Positions 50,113 through 63,639 of a DNA stretch of 64,000 nucleotides are shown one piece after another. Position 1 is the first letter of the stretch. Each line of letters starts with the position of its first letter. The translations under genes and the position numbers were made by a program. The notes under the pieces are model-generated. The model was not told the origin of the DNA. It searched no databases and worked only from the letters and a program-made list of their open reading frames with translations. The DNA is from Perkinsus chesapeaki ATCC PRA-425 (Eukaryota > Protista > Perkinsozoa): assembly GCA_013115145.1 (NCBI GenBank), contig JAAPAO010000045.1, forward strand, positions 1-64,000, read 5' to 3'.

Positions 50113-50452
50113 AACACTGGGATACGGCATAGATGGTGGTTGACGGAATATGTAAAAGGGTTCAGAAAACAGAAAAATTTAGGAATCTCTTGAAGATTGT
50201 TCTATGTACACCCATAATGTATATTAACCGCCTTCACCAAAGGCCATTTAACAAACAACTAAACACCCTCAACTGTAGTTAGAAGTAGAATGACTAAATA
50301 TCTGCTAAGTCGGTAGTGTGAGCTTCCGCTACAACACATACCCAAATCTAATACGATAAGCATCAACATATGATATGTTACCTATCCTCACATCTAGTGA
50401 GATACTGATACTTGACATTTTCCAAGTAATGACCTATGAGCATTGGATACCC

Positions 50453-50851
50453 CTATGGATTTGTAAATTCGCCAAACCAGGCTCCTTGCCTTGAGTGTAT
50501 CTCAACAAGTTGAGGCTCTCTGGGTCGGAAAGAATATAACCACTCTTTGAAGTCTTCCTGTGTAATAGCTGCGGTGCCACACTTGTCAATCTGCTCCGCC
50601 ATTGGTGTATCCTTGAAGTCTAGCTCGAGAAACATACTGTACTTTTTCTCATCGACAGTCGTGTAAGGCACCGACGCCACCTTCAGCCCACACCCCAGCA
50701 CGATGATATCGATATCTACAGTTTTACCATGCAGCGAGAACGTCAGCGTACCGCTGACTCCGCCCTCTTTTTCTTTTTCAGTGAAGACCATCCCGGGCGA
50801 ACCATTGGAGATGTTTAAGATAATGGCCAATACAAAGAGGAGGAATGACAT
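50453..50851 (-). CDS. Small intronless secreted hypothetical protein (about 132 aa)
   Basis: Signal MSFLLFVLAIILNISNG; uninterrupted ORF with two Cys. Confidence 0.55.
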   Translation of the reverse strand: MSFLLFVLAIILNISNGSPGMVFTEKEKEGGVSGTLTFSLHGKTVDIDIIVLGCGLKVASVPYTTVDEKKYSMFLELDFKDTPMAEQIDKCGTAAITQEDFKEWLYSFRPREPQLVEIHSRQGAWFGEFTNP

Positions 50852-52203
50852 TGTTAGTTCCTGCTGGTCCGAACAACTACAATGGAGGGTGTGGCTGGAG
50901 CCTGTCATAGCGGTAACATCCCCGAACATATGCAGTAGCCTTTTTGTTATGTCGAGAACTGATCTTAGTTATTGGTACGAATCGCGGACTCAGGTGAGTT
51001 ATGACCCGCAAGCGAAGGGAGACAACGGTGACATGGACTCCACTAGGCATTTTCAATGTCTTTCTCCTCGACGATCTGACAAACCTGTCTGATAGTCTAG
51101 ACTACACAATTTGATACAACTTAATCATTCAATCTCTAACGACATTGAATGCCCTTGTGCTCAGCACAATGTGGTTGCTATGTTCCAGCATCCAGAGCGC
51201 AATGTCACAACTTACCAGGCACAAGCTTCTGTGACATGACATGTCCGGCAGGAGGCTCACTCAAGATAACAACAATACATAATATTCTTTACAACTACGC
51301 CAACACCATGTGTATGGCATCGAAATAACTATTATATAGCAGCTTTTCTAAGTACTATTCGAACATCAAGAGCCCTATCCACTTGCTCGGCATCAGCGGA
51401 GTCGTTTTCGTCTTTGGTCACTGATGTTGGTTGTGACCGCTAGGAGACAACCTGATGGTGCCGTATAATAGGCGCAATCTATGAGATACACTATAGGGCA
51501 CATCTGATTCAGTGTCACTGTATAAACTTGATATTATCAAGCGCTCAACTCGACCGTGTTAAACTTATTCGTGCCGATGAATCCATCCTGTCCTCATTTG
51601 TAAAGCCCCCCAATGTGGATGAATGGTTTAACAGAGAAGCGAAGCAGATTAGGTTGGTTGACCGAAGGGCTCAGAGTGCCTTTCTGGTGCCTCGCATGGG
51701 AGATAGCCCATCTTGGTCCATGCTATATGTATGCCTACATGCTACTCATTAAACATGAGCATTAACGACGTTAGTGTTCGTCCTTGTGATCTAACTTTCC
51801 GGGATGACCACGGCGAAGTATCATAGCTCTTCTCTCGTATTCGTTGAGTAATACGCCCCCAAGTCCAGTTTGTACTTCGCTTGTGAGGTATGGCAGTTGT
51901 ACTGTATAGTTGTGCCTCAACTGAATTACTGTATGGTTTATGAACGCAGAAGTGTTGTTGTAATAATGTAACGAAATAAATAATACATGTGGTTATCTTG
52001 AGTATTAGGTTGTCATCAAATTAGGTAATATAGCATGTAGTAGTTTACTAACCTCTGTACAAGGTGGAGGGGGTAACAATAAATCACTTAGGAAATCGCG
52101 ACTTAGGTCCCAATTGACGGTATCTGACACATAACAACTGCCAATGCTACCGCACCAGCAAGAGGCAAACAAAAGCCTTCAAACGTAGTGGCGTTGGATC
52201 GTC

Positions 52204-55200
52204 TCATGATCTCCTCTTACTAGAAGCATAATAGGCTTCATCTCCCTCCTCGTTGAGCATCGCACCATCTGTTGCTCCATTAAGACTGTCCATACCGTTC
52301 CTTCTTGAATCTAGAAACATAGATAAGTGACCCATGCACACAGGGAGGGCTAACCTGGAGTCGCCAATGCCGGCCTTGTAACAGAACTGCCTCGCCATGA
52401 CGTCCCAAAGCCTCGAACCTCAGTGGAGCTAGGATCGAATTCCCTGTTGATTTTAGTGAGGCTCGTTGGTGAGATGCTACTTACACAGGGTTATCGCCCA
52501 AAAGCCTTCGTCTTTGTGCAGTAGCTCGCACGGTATTGCGCAGCCGATGGGCATCGTTGGTCAGATTGAGGACCACCCAACCCTTCTCTCTGACTCGTCT
52601 ACTGCTGTTGCTCCCATTAGTAGTTATGGACACCACCGCATGGGACAGCACTCGGCAATAAACACACCTACACGGCGAATATGACGCTACGAAGGAGAAG
52701 AAGAGAGCTCACCTGTAAAGTCTAGACATCATCACGGACCCAGTGCCAGACTTGGCCGAGGCCTGGCATGGTGTAGCCCCTCCTCCCTTCTTCCTTGCCG
52801 GTACTGCACTTGCATCGAGACCTCTAGACACCTCAGCACCACCCTTAATCCTCCTGAAGAAGGGACAGTGTCGGACATCGCCCTCCCTGGTAAGGGTAGC
52901 TGGTAACCAGAGCCAAACAGCAGCGTCCTTCGGGTCGGGCGGCTCTCCCTCCAACGAGCGGAGATGTTGACAGTAGGCAGCACAGCTGTACAGGTTGGCA
53001 CAGGCCTTCACCGGCTCACTAGGTGAGCATCGACATGTCATTATTGTAGGAACGTCATCATGAATGATGCCACGGAAGGGGACTATCGATCGCACAGCGG
53101 AGCCTCGGAGGATCCACGAGCAGACACCACAGAGGCAACCACCGGCCATGCAACCGTGGGCAAGAAGAGTCTCGTGATGCGCCCATGCCATCAACCTGTT
53201 ATGTTGCCACTTTGCCAACGACAAAATGAGTCTTGGGAACGGTTGGTCTAGAGGATCGAGGTGTCGAGATAGGAGGAGGCAGAAGGACCGGTACACTCCC
53301 AGTCGATGCCCCTCGGAGACTATCAGTGCCATAAAAGCCATGGCCACATGACCAGTATCAACGAGAAGTAGGCGCCCTCTGGAGGCGGCAGTGGCCCTTG
53401 CAAAGTCCAACAGGAGAGGGATGTTGCTGAGGAAGGCTGTCGTGGAGCGTCTACCGCCATCACCGGCAACATGTCCCCAAGAGACCCTCACGCAGTTGAC
53501 CGTAGTAGAGAAGCCGGCCAGGTTTGGTTCATTTGGCGCCCGGACGTCGATGACATGAGTTGGTACAGCCTCGCGGACCACCCATTCAGGAACGCTACTG
53601 CACCCTGGTGGAACTGTCAGCAGCATTGTGTCCTCTAGCACCATCGACAGCCTTGGTTCACCATCGGCGGCAGGGGCCTCGACGATACTGTCGGGGAGGC
53701 AGTGACGCGCAGTGCCACAGGATGCCGACCCTGGGGTGAACTGCTGGGAGGTTGCTGGGAGTGCAAGGGGAGCGTCGTCGTCTCGGGCACTGCTGAGTAT
53801 GCTAGTGTTTAGCCCAACCTAAGGGAGGTGGTATTCTCGGTGGTTGGCGGACGTGGTCGCCTTACGTTGGCCTCGCCTGGTATAGGTAGAGTCCTAGGGT
53901 CCATAGATGGGGATTGGTGGTGGTGCAAGCGACGTTGATGACCCCTCCAAGTTCGTGGACGAATACCCCTCTCCAGCTGAGCCTCGATATATAGCCTATG
54001 GAAGCGATGCAGAGCTGTTGCTATAGTAGGCCTGCACTGTGGATCACGAATAAGCATGAACCTGTAGATGGCATATCCGATGACTTGGTGTGGCTAACTA
54101 GGAGCTGCTGCTGACCTGATAAAGTCACAAAGAGCCTTCTTGTGGTGTAGCATCTCCACGTTCTCTTCGGTGAGGATGTCAGGGGCGGCCAGTGAAGCTG
54201 CCGCTGGTGACCGTCCGGCTGCTGCTGGCGATGGACCGGCATCCCCTCGGCCTCCACCACCAGTGAGCCTCATAAAGAAGCGAATCCAGTCATCGTTGTA
54301 GAATAGGTAATGACCTGACGCAATCGAATCATGCCATGGGGGCCTTCTGGGTGACCTACCAGTAAGAAGCTCGTACAGGAGGCACCCAACACTCCATATG
54401 TCGCTGGCTGTTGTCGTACCAACACTTCTACGCCGATCGAAGGCCGCACTGAGGAGATTGCATCCTCAGTGGTGAGTAGCGAGGCTGCTGCTCGCCTACT
54501 CATCTCGTCTAAGGGCTCGCTCGATGGTCAGCATCTCCGGGGGCTTCACGAACTCTGTTCCTCGGTTGCGGATGCAAAGCTAGTAGAAGACACCAGTAAT
54601 GGATGGCCGAATGCATCGGCCACCTACATCGGTGTACTCTGGCCCTTCTAGGACTCTACTTTCGCCAAAGTCGGCCAAGACAACAGCCGGACCACCACCC
54701 CGAACTGGTCGCCAAGCTGGGCCTCCACCAGACTCCAACACCTGGAGAAAGTGGGTGTCTTAAGAAGGGCAAATGTGTTACCATGATGTTGTCACACTTT
54801 AAGTCATAGTGTACCAGACCGTCTCTATGTAGCTTGGCTACTGCTGCTAGAACTTTCTGATAGGTCTGAGCTCAGGAGAATATTCAACACCAAGTTGAAG
54901 ACGGCAATGACGGCAATGACCTCCAATAATAGCATTAGATTGTCGTCCATGTTGCCCATAAGCTTAGCCCTCCAAGTAGTTAAGGTCATGTGATAGCATC
55001 TCATAACAATCCAATAACTGCAGCCATCATACCCTACAGAAGACCATGCGGGAAAGGTAGAGGGGAGGAAGGGCTACCATAGTCGAAGATCTCCGTCATA
55101 TAGTTGTCGAAACGGCCTTCCTCAAGACAGGCTATCTCGTTGAAGACATCGAACAGCACGCATCTGCATGAAGAGCTTTGGCATGAGGGACAGCAGTAGT

Positions 55201-58200
55201 ATGCTGCCACCAACCTGTCCCTGATACTAGGGTGCTTCTTAACCAGCTTAACGGCGACAACTTCATTCCTGCCCCTCTGCTCTGTGTCAACGCTCTCAGC
55301 ATCCAAGACTGTGTCGCAGCGGTAAACTGTGCCGAAGGCTCCTCCACCAAGGACGGTCATATCTGCTGGAAGGCAGCTCAGGCGGCTCAAGAACGACAAG
55401 TGTTCACCCGTGTAGATCCAACGCGGGAAGCAGCCGGGGGCCAACAGCTTTAGCAACCGGAAGAGCCCTCCATGGCTCGAGGCTCCTCGAATGCCCTCGT
55501 CGCGGTAAAGTCTCCGGAGGACCTGAAACGAGCACTAGCCATCTTGGCCGGAGGACCTCGGGAGGACCTCAGAGTTCTTGGGGTGAGCGAGATGTGTATC
55601 CAGAATGAAAAGGACGTTGAGTTTATGATTGAGAGCAGGGAACTGGTCACAGTACCGGCAGTCGAGGGTGCCCCTACTGGCCGACAGCAGCAACAATAGT
55701 AGGAGACGAAGGACGCCTGACGAGAGCAAGTGGTTTAATGTACAGCACTGCAGGGTCACATTCTTGTAGCTCTTCGGTGCGGTAGAGCCTTCGACACCTC
55801 CTTCCGCAATCACAGAATAGATCAGCGCTAAGCCTACTAATGCCACCTGAGCCTCAATGACCGACGACGACAAGATGTCGGGCAAAAACTGACTATATTC
55901 GAGCTCTTCATGATAGGCCTCGAAGGCCTGCCCTTCTCCAGGGACAGGAGGTACCTGATGGCAAAGGTCGATGCCCACGGGTCAGGGACTTAGATACCTC
56001 CCATGGCTGGTCAGGGACAGCAGGCTGCCCCTGCTGCTGCCCGCCTTCAACATACTCTGGCGGGGTTGGGTCCACACCAAGACCACTCGTGCCTTGTACT
56101 GATGGCGGCAGGCCTGATCACCAACTTTAAAGTAAGCACCATGCATATCAGCGCCGACCATGGAAGGCCAGCCGTGGTACGATCGATGGTGAGGCGTTCA
56201 TCCGTAGCATCTGATGCTGCTGTTGTTGCTCTTCTCCTCCACCCCCACTGGATGATGATGATGATGAGGAAGGAGAAGTGTCGTGCTCATGTGTGGCATC
56301 TCCAGGTTCCATGCCCCCGGTTGGGTAGGTTATTGGTGGGGGTAGGGCATCCTCGCCTGATCGAAAGCATCTACTAGACTCCAGTCAACAGCGCCTTACT
56401 GCTCCTCCTGGTGCTCCCCTTGCATTCTAGAAACGAGGTGGGCGGCGGCGGTGGTGGTGGTATGGCCATAGGGGGCGGTATCGGTCCTCCGGGCACTGCT
56501 GACGTGGCATCTCTGGTAGCCTGAAGGTAGATGGCCATAAGCAGGTTTGCACTGAACCTCCTGAGAGATGGACCTCCTCAGAAGGTACGGTGCCAAGGAG
56601 GCCCGTGCTGCCTTGGGTCGATGGAGCCAGACCCGCGAAGGAAAGCCCGGGTATCATAACGCTGCGGCAGCAGCCACGAGGAGGTACAAGAATCTGATAG
56701 AGAACACTCACTAGGCAGTATCAGCAGTTCCCGGCTCACCGGTGGGGCAGTGGCCTCCAGCGTCGACAGCTGCTGCTCGGATTGGATCTAACACGGTTAT
56801 GACTCTGACTGTAGCAGGTCATTCTCACCTCCTGATCAGCGACCTCGCTGTAGCTGTTGTCAGAATTGGTGATGATGGAGGAAGTCTCCTGGAACAGTCG
56901 AATCTCTATAAAGCCTCTGGCAGTAAGATACCTCAAGACCACCACTGGATGACCTCCCTCTCCCACTGAACTGTTGGTATCTGCAATATTGCCCTCCTCG
57001 GCGACCGCAGGGGATGGCTGGGCCCACCTCTCCAGCATGTGAGAGGCTACATGCTCCAGGTCAATCTCACCGCAGAGGAAATCCACCACCTTTAAAGAGT
57101 AGAACTTCTTACTGAAGGAAGCCTACATCGAGCAGTGGAGGTTAGCGCTTACCGAGCCGATGGACTTCGTGCACGAGCTAGGGCGATGAGGACCTTCAAG
57201 TGGGCCACAGCTAGGGCATCCTCGCCCTTGCCCTCGTCCCATTGGAGATCGCAGGGCTGAGTCGATGATGCAAATGAAGAGGTACTGGAAGGTGACCCCG
57301 ACGAGGAGGACGGTGCTGGAGTCATGGTACCATGGGACCGACGACGATACAGACGAATAAAGCGAGAATAATGGCGATGGAGGTACCTGCCAAAACGGAG
57401 GTATCTTTGCGCACCCGGAAGAATATCCTAAGGCTGGTGACTCACCAGGCAACATGGGGGTCCTTTAGGAATTGATTGAGCGGAGGCGGCACCGAAAAAA
57501 GAGCAGCTTCGACCTCGGATATCTTCATCTCGAGCAAGGCCTCTGGAGAAAACGGTCGTCCACGGGGAGGCGAAGGCCAGGTCCTCGAAGCCATAAACCT
57601 AACAAGGCCGGCAGTCACTGTTGTAAAGGGGCGAGGTAGGTCTACCGAGGAATAACTCCGGTACCACAGGAGAAGATGGAGGCCAACCAGGGGCCCATCA
57701 CCACCGGGGCCGCGCAGTCTGCGATTGAGGACCAAGCGGCAGAGACCCTCGAGGCCATCGGGACGTAACTGACGAGAGAAGTACCATGAAGTGTTTGTGT
57801 CGTAGAGGAAGATATGGTATGAAGAGCTGACACTCACACTGTAAGGCTGTCCCTTCGAGACTTGATTGCCTTATTAATAATAGTCAGCACAGATGTCACC
57901 ATTGTGAGGAGGCGTAGGCGATCGAGTGCCATACGTCTGTCCTCGACTTCGGGATGCACCCACATACCAGAATCCTCGACACTCTCAGGGAAGAATGATG
58001 CTGCTATCACTGGTGTGAGGAGGGAATACAGCGAAACAGTGTCAGATAGGGAAGGACTGCTGGAGGGTGATGAGGCAACGGGGATATCTAAGGGAACGAT
58101 TCATATTGCAATGCAGGACTGATGAGCTTACCCAGTAGTGTATCCAAGATACCCTCAGCCATAACAGCATCAGAGCACTCAAGCAGTGCAGAGATGGTCC

Positions 58201-60843
58201 AGGCGAATGCTATAGAGAGCCTCCTCCATCGATAGAGATCGCCTGGCCTTGGGGTTTGCATTGAACGCATTGGACTTAGACTATCCAGAGAACCCGTTCG
58301 AACTGACAAAGAACAATTGCTTCAAGTGACATCAAGTGACTCATGTTGCAAATTGTGGTTGGTGTGGTTGGTGTGGTGAGCCTACCTCTATCAGATCGTA
58401 CTGCTTCATTATGTATCCTAACTTCGACATGGAAAGCCTTCAAGAGCTCCTTAACTTCAGTCTGACAGCCATCACCAGTCTATGATCGCATATCCTTTCT
58501 TACTCACCAACGTTGTTATTATAGCCGATAGTGCCTGGGCTGCACAAGGGCCTGGGAGGACAGCTCTCCGAATGTACTCCCCTGAGGAATCATTTAAGGA
58601 GGGAGCGGGCACTGGCCACCCCACCGAGCAGGAGGAGACACTCCTCCACCCCCTCAGGAACGTGCATGAATGATCCTTCCTTTGATCCATCTCTCAGTTT
58701 CTCTACACGGTGGAGGCGTTCACTAATACCGGAGCACACCGTCCGAAGCAATGGGTCCGCGAAAGGATTCGCCACGCTCGACCTAACCACCACGAGGGGA
58801 CTCCAACACCATGCTCACAGCAGCATGGTCTTACTCAGACAGATGATCCCGGGCCTTGGCTCGGTGCCTTCTCAATCCTCGCCAGGCCTCCCTCCATTCA
58901 TCAGAGCTCAGACAGAGGCATGGCTCGGCCCGCCGTATGCACTGGCACTGTCCGGCGTCCCTGATGCTGGTAGTGGGGTCCCGATCCATGAGGAGGGGGA
59001 TCGGTATGGTCTCGAGGCCAGGAAGGAGCATGTCCCATAGGAACGGTACAGGAAGTTTGTCAGACGGGACCCGCCGCAGCAGAGATAGGAGGACTCGGCG
59101 GACCTCAGCCCATTCGCTCGGGCGTCTCATTTCTGGTGTGATCCGGGCCGAGGTGAGGGAGGCCCTGACACTTCGTGGGCCAGAGGATGATGTTGACGGT
59201 TGACAGTTGGTGTTGGCGAGCTCTTGGTCAACCTCAGCGAAGAGTTCCCTTTGGTGGTGAAGCTTGGCAAGGCAGCTGAGGTCGCCAAGGAAGGCAAGCT
59301 CGCCGACCAACTGAAAGATACTCCTATATCCATTATTAAGGGCAACTGGGGCTTTGACAAAGGTTAGATCATACAGGGTGATGAAGAACTTTTCCACAGT
59401 CGGGCTACTGTATAAATTATACATAGTAAAATGCGCAGGTCGGAATATGCTGACAGTTGACAATCAATCGTCAAAGAGGACTGCACAATCATCTCCCTTC
59501 AATAGTTCCGAGTTTCACGGAGCAATAAGCTTTTCTATCTGCTTGATCTGGAGGCTTGTGTAGAACTGACTTTAAGGTGGGGGTTGTAAAGAGCAACAAG
59601 ACAATCATCATCACCAAACAAGCCACAACAACTTAATCGCCAATACTCTGCTGTCCATATCATCCTGAACTCACCTGTGCCTCCTCCTTAAGCTCCGTCC
59701 GTGGATCTCTAGCGCTAGGTACAATAGGAACTTCGGCAACGCGGCCGTCCTGCTGTCCACCGATCCCTAAGGATCACAATAAAACCGTCGGGCGCCCACT
59801 AGCCCACCGTGGATGACCAGCGACGCCCTTTGGGTAGAAGGAGTGTTCGCTCGAGTGGAACGGTCTCGTGTTGCTGTCGATGAGCTTGGATGGCTGCCAG
59901 ATGTGGTCCCTATTTTTCGCTGATACAGTCGTCTAGAAGACCTGACATACAAAGACTACACCCAAGCCGACCAGCCGACCGGGGCGCTGATGACCTGGTC
60001 ATGGTCCCACCAGTAGGTAGGGCCCTCCCCGACTGACTAGCACTGCTCGCCAATGGCAACACTGATGCCAGCGGTCCAGCTTTGGCTAGGTCAAGTGTTG
60101 GAACTCGACCTCCCCCTCTACCACTCAATGGTGGTGCTCTATAAGGAGCTGTTGGCAGCGGAGGGAGCTGTTGTGAATGATACTGAGTCCCTTCAGCTAC
60201 ATGCTGGCTCCTTGAGGAGGACGGTGGCCCAGGAAACTGAAGAGCCACCACCCGTAGAAGAACCAAGCATGCAAGTAAGTCCCACCGTATCCCGGACGCC
60301 TCGCGTGGACGGTGTCCCATTCCCCTGGCCCATTCTCGGACCGGCAGCAGCAGCAGCAGCGGCCCTCGCAGAATATCTACTATTATTATCATGTGTCCTA
60401 TCAAACAGCATCCCCTTCAATATAGGCACCAACCGTACCGATCTCTGTGAGCTATCTCCGAGGCCACTTTACGCTGAGCGTGCGTGAAGAGGTTCACCAG
60501 AAGATCGTTCTCTGTGGACCTGCTTGCCCGCTTTGCCTCGGAGAAGCCTTTAATAGACCTATGGCGGCCGATCATACTGATTATCCCCTCCACAAGTGGG
60601 TTCTGAATCTCAGATACTATCAGTGATTAACAAAAGCAGACGGCAATCGACGCCCGTGTTCGCAGATGGTAAGTGTACCGAGGTCGATTTGCGTCCCATG
60701 ACTCGCCTGAGCTCATCCAGCCACTTGGCGGGATTATCCGGATGTTTACTGGCCACCTGCTCCAGTTGACTTAGCATATGAGGTTCATGTCCTCGAGATG
60801 GTGGTGGTGGTGTTCCACTTTTAAGGGTGTCCATTCTGGTCAT
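52204..60843 (-). CDS. Large Ser/Thr kinase with C-terminal DSP-like domain (5' extent inferred; may be more than one gene)
   Basis: GGGAFG, VAVK, FNEIACLE, VHYDLKCDN, LADFGESR, GTEFVKPPEML, SDIWSVGCLLYELL (about 55350-54300). ORF 52709-53644 is DSP-fold-like. Many same-strand exons upstream to 60843. Confidence 0.7.
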
Positions 60844-61057
60844 TATACCGACACCTTCAATAGATTATTAACCCCCGTTGCTGTGACAACTCACTCAACA
60901 CTGTTAATGGTAGCAAAGGTCTCCATGGTGGCAGCAACGACAGCAGTAGTGAGATGAGCCAGTAGAGATAATAATGTGGTACATGTAATGCTACGTAACT
61001 ATAACACATGGTACAGTTCTATGCATCGAAAGGTCCCTGGTTCGATCCCGGCCTCAG

Positions 61058-63458
61058 TCATCTTTCTGATTCACCAGAAATCGACGCTTCGTCCTCCATC
61101 TCCGAGGCCCTAGCTGGCTCGGGCTCACTCTGAGCTGGGACCGCAATTTCGACATCCTCCTCGGATGGCCACAAGCCCTTAACCCTTTTTCCTTCAGATT
61201 TCGTCACTGCTTGCTGTATCCGCGATTTGAACCCGCGACCAGCTGCTGCTTCTGCTGGCTGTTGTGAGCCGGAAGATGAGGACGAGCCTGCTCTGAACAC
61301 TTTGCCTTTGGCAGGTATAAGTGTACCACTCCCAGCTCGCTGGAAGGCCTCTGCTACATTAGCAACGTTGGTAAAGACTGGGCACCTGAGAAAAGGGGAC
61401 AAGATTTGTGTGCTGCGTGGAAACCGACACATTCCACATGAGCTGAGATTTGAGTTTGGTCTTGATCGATCACGAGGATTTTCTACGAATTACTCGGAGA
61501 TTGCTAAGAGGACTGGGCCGAGAAATTTTACCCCTCGCTAGGATTTACTACCACCCATCTTCTGTCCCTCCCTCCCCCATCTTCTTACATATCACTTAAA
61601 TGTCCCATTTGACCGCAATGAACACACTGTAGACAAAGGCCTCTAACATCACCACTGAGGACATCCTGCCGCAGCTTATCATACTTCCTACGGAACTTGG
61701 GGTATATAACCAATAGGTCCACCAAGCTCTGCCTATACAGAGAGATGGTCTCGCAAAATGACAGACACTTGGCTGAAGCAGATCGAGAGGTCTCCATAAA
61801 CAGTGCTACCTCACCGAAGTAGCCGCCCTCCGAAAGATACCCTATAGTGGCCCCCGCATATGACCTTGAAAGTAGCTTCACTTTCCCTTTAATAATAAAG
61901 TACATCGAACTAGCCCATTCGCCCTCCTCAAAGATAATGTCTCCAGGGGCATGCGTCTCTCTCGCGACAGCCTGGCAAATCTTTTCCAGCATGGACCGAG
62001 GTATGTTCGAGAAGAACGGCGCTGATTTGATGACGCCTCCCACAAGATGGACCATGATCTCTGTGCGCAGCGGTGGGCTGAGGATGCCCATAACCTCCTC
62101 CTCTTCAGAGTTGATATCCTTACCGTACTCCCACACAAACTCCAAATACCGTCTGACCCTGACCTGCAAGGCCCTGGGCAACTGCCTCTGCCGAAAGTAA
62201 CGATTAACTGCCTTCTTTTTAACACGGAAGGCGGCCGCGCTGGCGTCGAGTTTCCTCACTACGGAGCCTATAGCTCCAACGAAGAACGCAAAGACACCAC
62301 AGGCCAACAGCATGGTCACCACACCGAACACTTGCTCGGTCGAGTTGACCGGATAGATGTCACCGTAGCCAACTGTGGTCATTGTTGCGAACGACCAATA
62401 CATGGCCGCAATATATTTCTCACGCGGGGCCGCGTCACGGTAGTCAAAGCGATCCAGCCACGTTACTGTGGAATTGAGGAGAGGATCGGTATCGGCTATA
62501 AGATACCAAATGCATGCTACCCAGTGGGCTATGAACACCACGAATGTCACTAAGCGTAATAACTGTATCAATACGGATAACCCGTCAGAGTTGACGAAGT
62601 CCTCGACCTGAAGAGTAAGAGCCGACTACTGAGCCCACCGTTCCCCTGCAAAGATATCACCTTTGATAGAATCCGCTTTAATTTCAAAACTCGTAAGAGC
62701 CGGAGTACTCGGAGGAGCCTGGCAAACTTGATCATCCTGAGCAGCTGCACTCCCTCCAGATTAGATGCTTCAAAGACCCATTCATATGGGAAAGAGGCGG
62801 CTAAGTCGACTACGAACCATGTCTTAAGATATACTGGAGCAATGCCTTTGACATTCATAACCTATCAAGAGGCGATGGCTGTCCTGTGGGAGGGGCCGAG
62901 GTTGCCTTACTAAATTCCCCCCAACGTAGACTCCTGTGATGAAGTTAAGGGGGACGTCTACCATAAAGAAGATATCCATAGTAGTCTCCAGTCCGGCTAG
63001 GAACCCTGCCGAATCTTGCTTGAAACACAATCGATATGGTATAGATACCGACTAAAAAGAGTTAGCATAATGGCACTAGTAGTGCCAACATTAAATGCTA
63101 TTCCCACAGGAGGCCCCTGCGAGGGTGGGTGCTGTTTTACGCACCGCGAGATTCCCGTCCACGGTTCCCCTTTAGATATGTTGGAAAGGCCGAGGTGGAA
63201 CCAAGAGCCTTACCTCATAAAGAATGAAAGACATTATGATAAAGTCCCAAGCGACCCTTTTGGTATCCTCGGGAGATATTATGATGCGGGGCCGGTGTTT
63301 AGTGCTCCGAGGATTCTCCGATTCGGTATCTAAGTCCAACCGTGCAAGATACAAATAAGCTCAGAATGCACACCATCCCAGTCAAGCTCATTGTCAGTCT
63401 CGTCTGAGCTTTGTCTGATAACATCACCGTTATGTTGCCAGGCCTCCCGAGTGACCAT
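61058..63458 (-). CDS. 6TM K+ channel with cyclic-nucleotide-binding domain (EAG/KCNH-like) and C-terminal CCHC knuckle
   Basis: WDFII; WFVVDLAASFP; S4 RLLRVLRLLRVLKL; TMTTVGYGD; C-linker; GYFGEVAL...RSASAK; CVHCGQMGHLSDM|C. Confidence 0.92.
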
Positions 63459-63639
63459 ATCGCGGGTCTCGGGATGAGGTGGGTTTAAGAGATATCCAAA
63501 AGGAAGATATCAGCAACTGATCGATCAATTCAGGCAAGACCAACGCCACGGTCCCTTCGCTCAGAAGTGCGCTGATCCACGCAGATCTAGCGCACGCCCG
63601 CGAGCATGCCGGACCAATAACCTCTCCTCCGCGGTCGGG

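Noticed and set aside
55536-55548. TAGCCATCTTGGC match to the Perkinsus-type spliced leader
   Set aside because: Only 13 nt, antisense within a probable coding region, and with no SL-RNA donor or Sm context.
62047-62553. Long plus-strand ORFs opposite the channel (also 60053-60487 opposite the kinase region)
   Set aside because: These are antisense shadows of coding sequence with no motifs.
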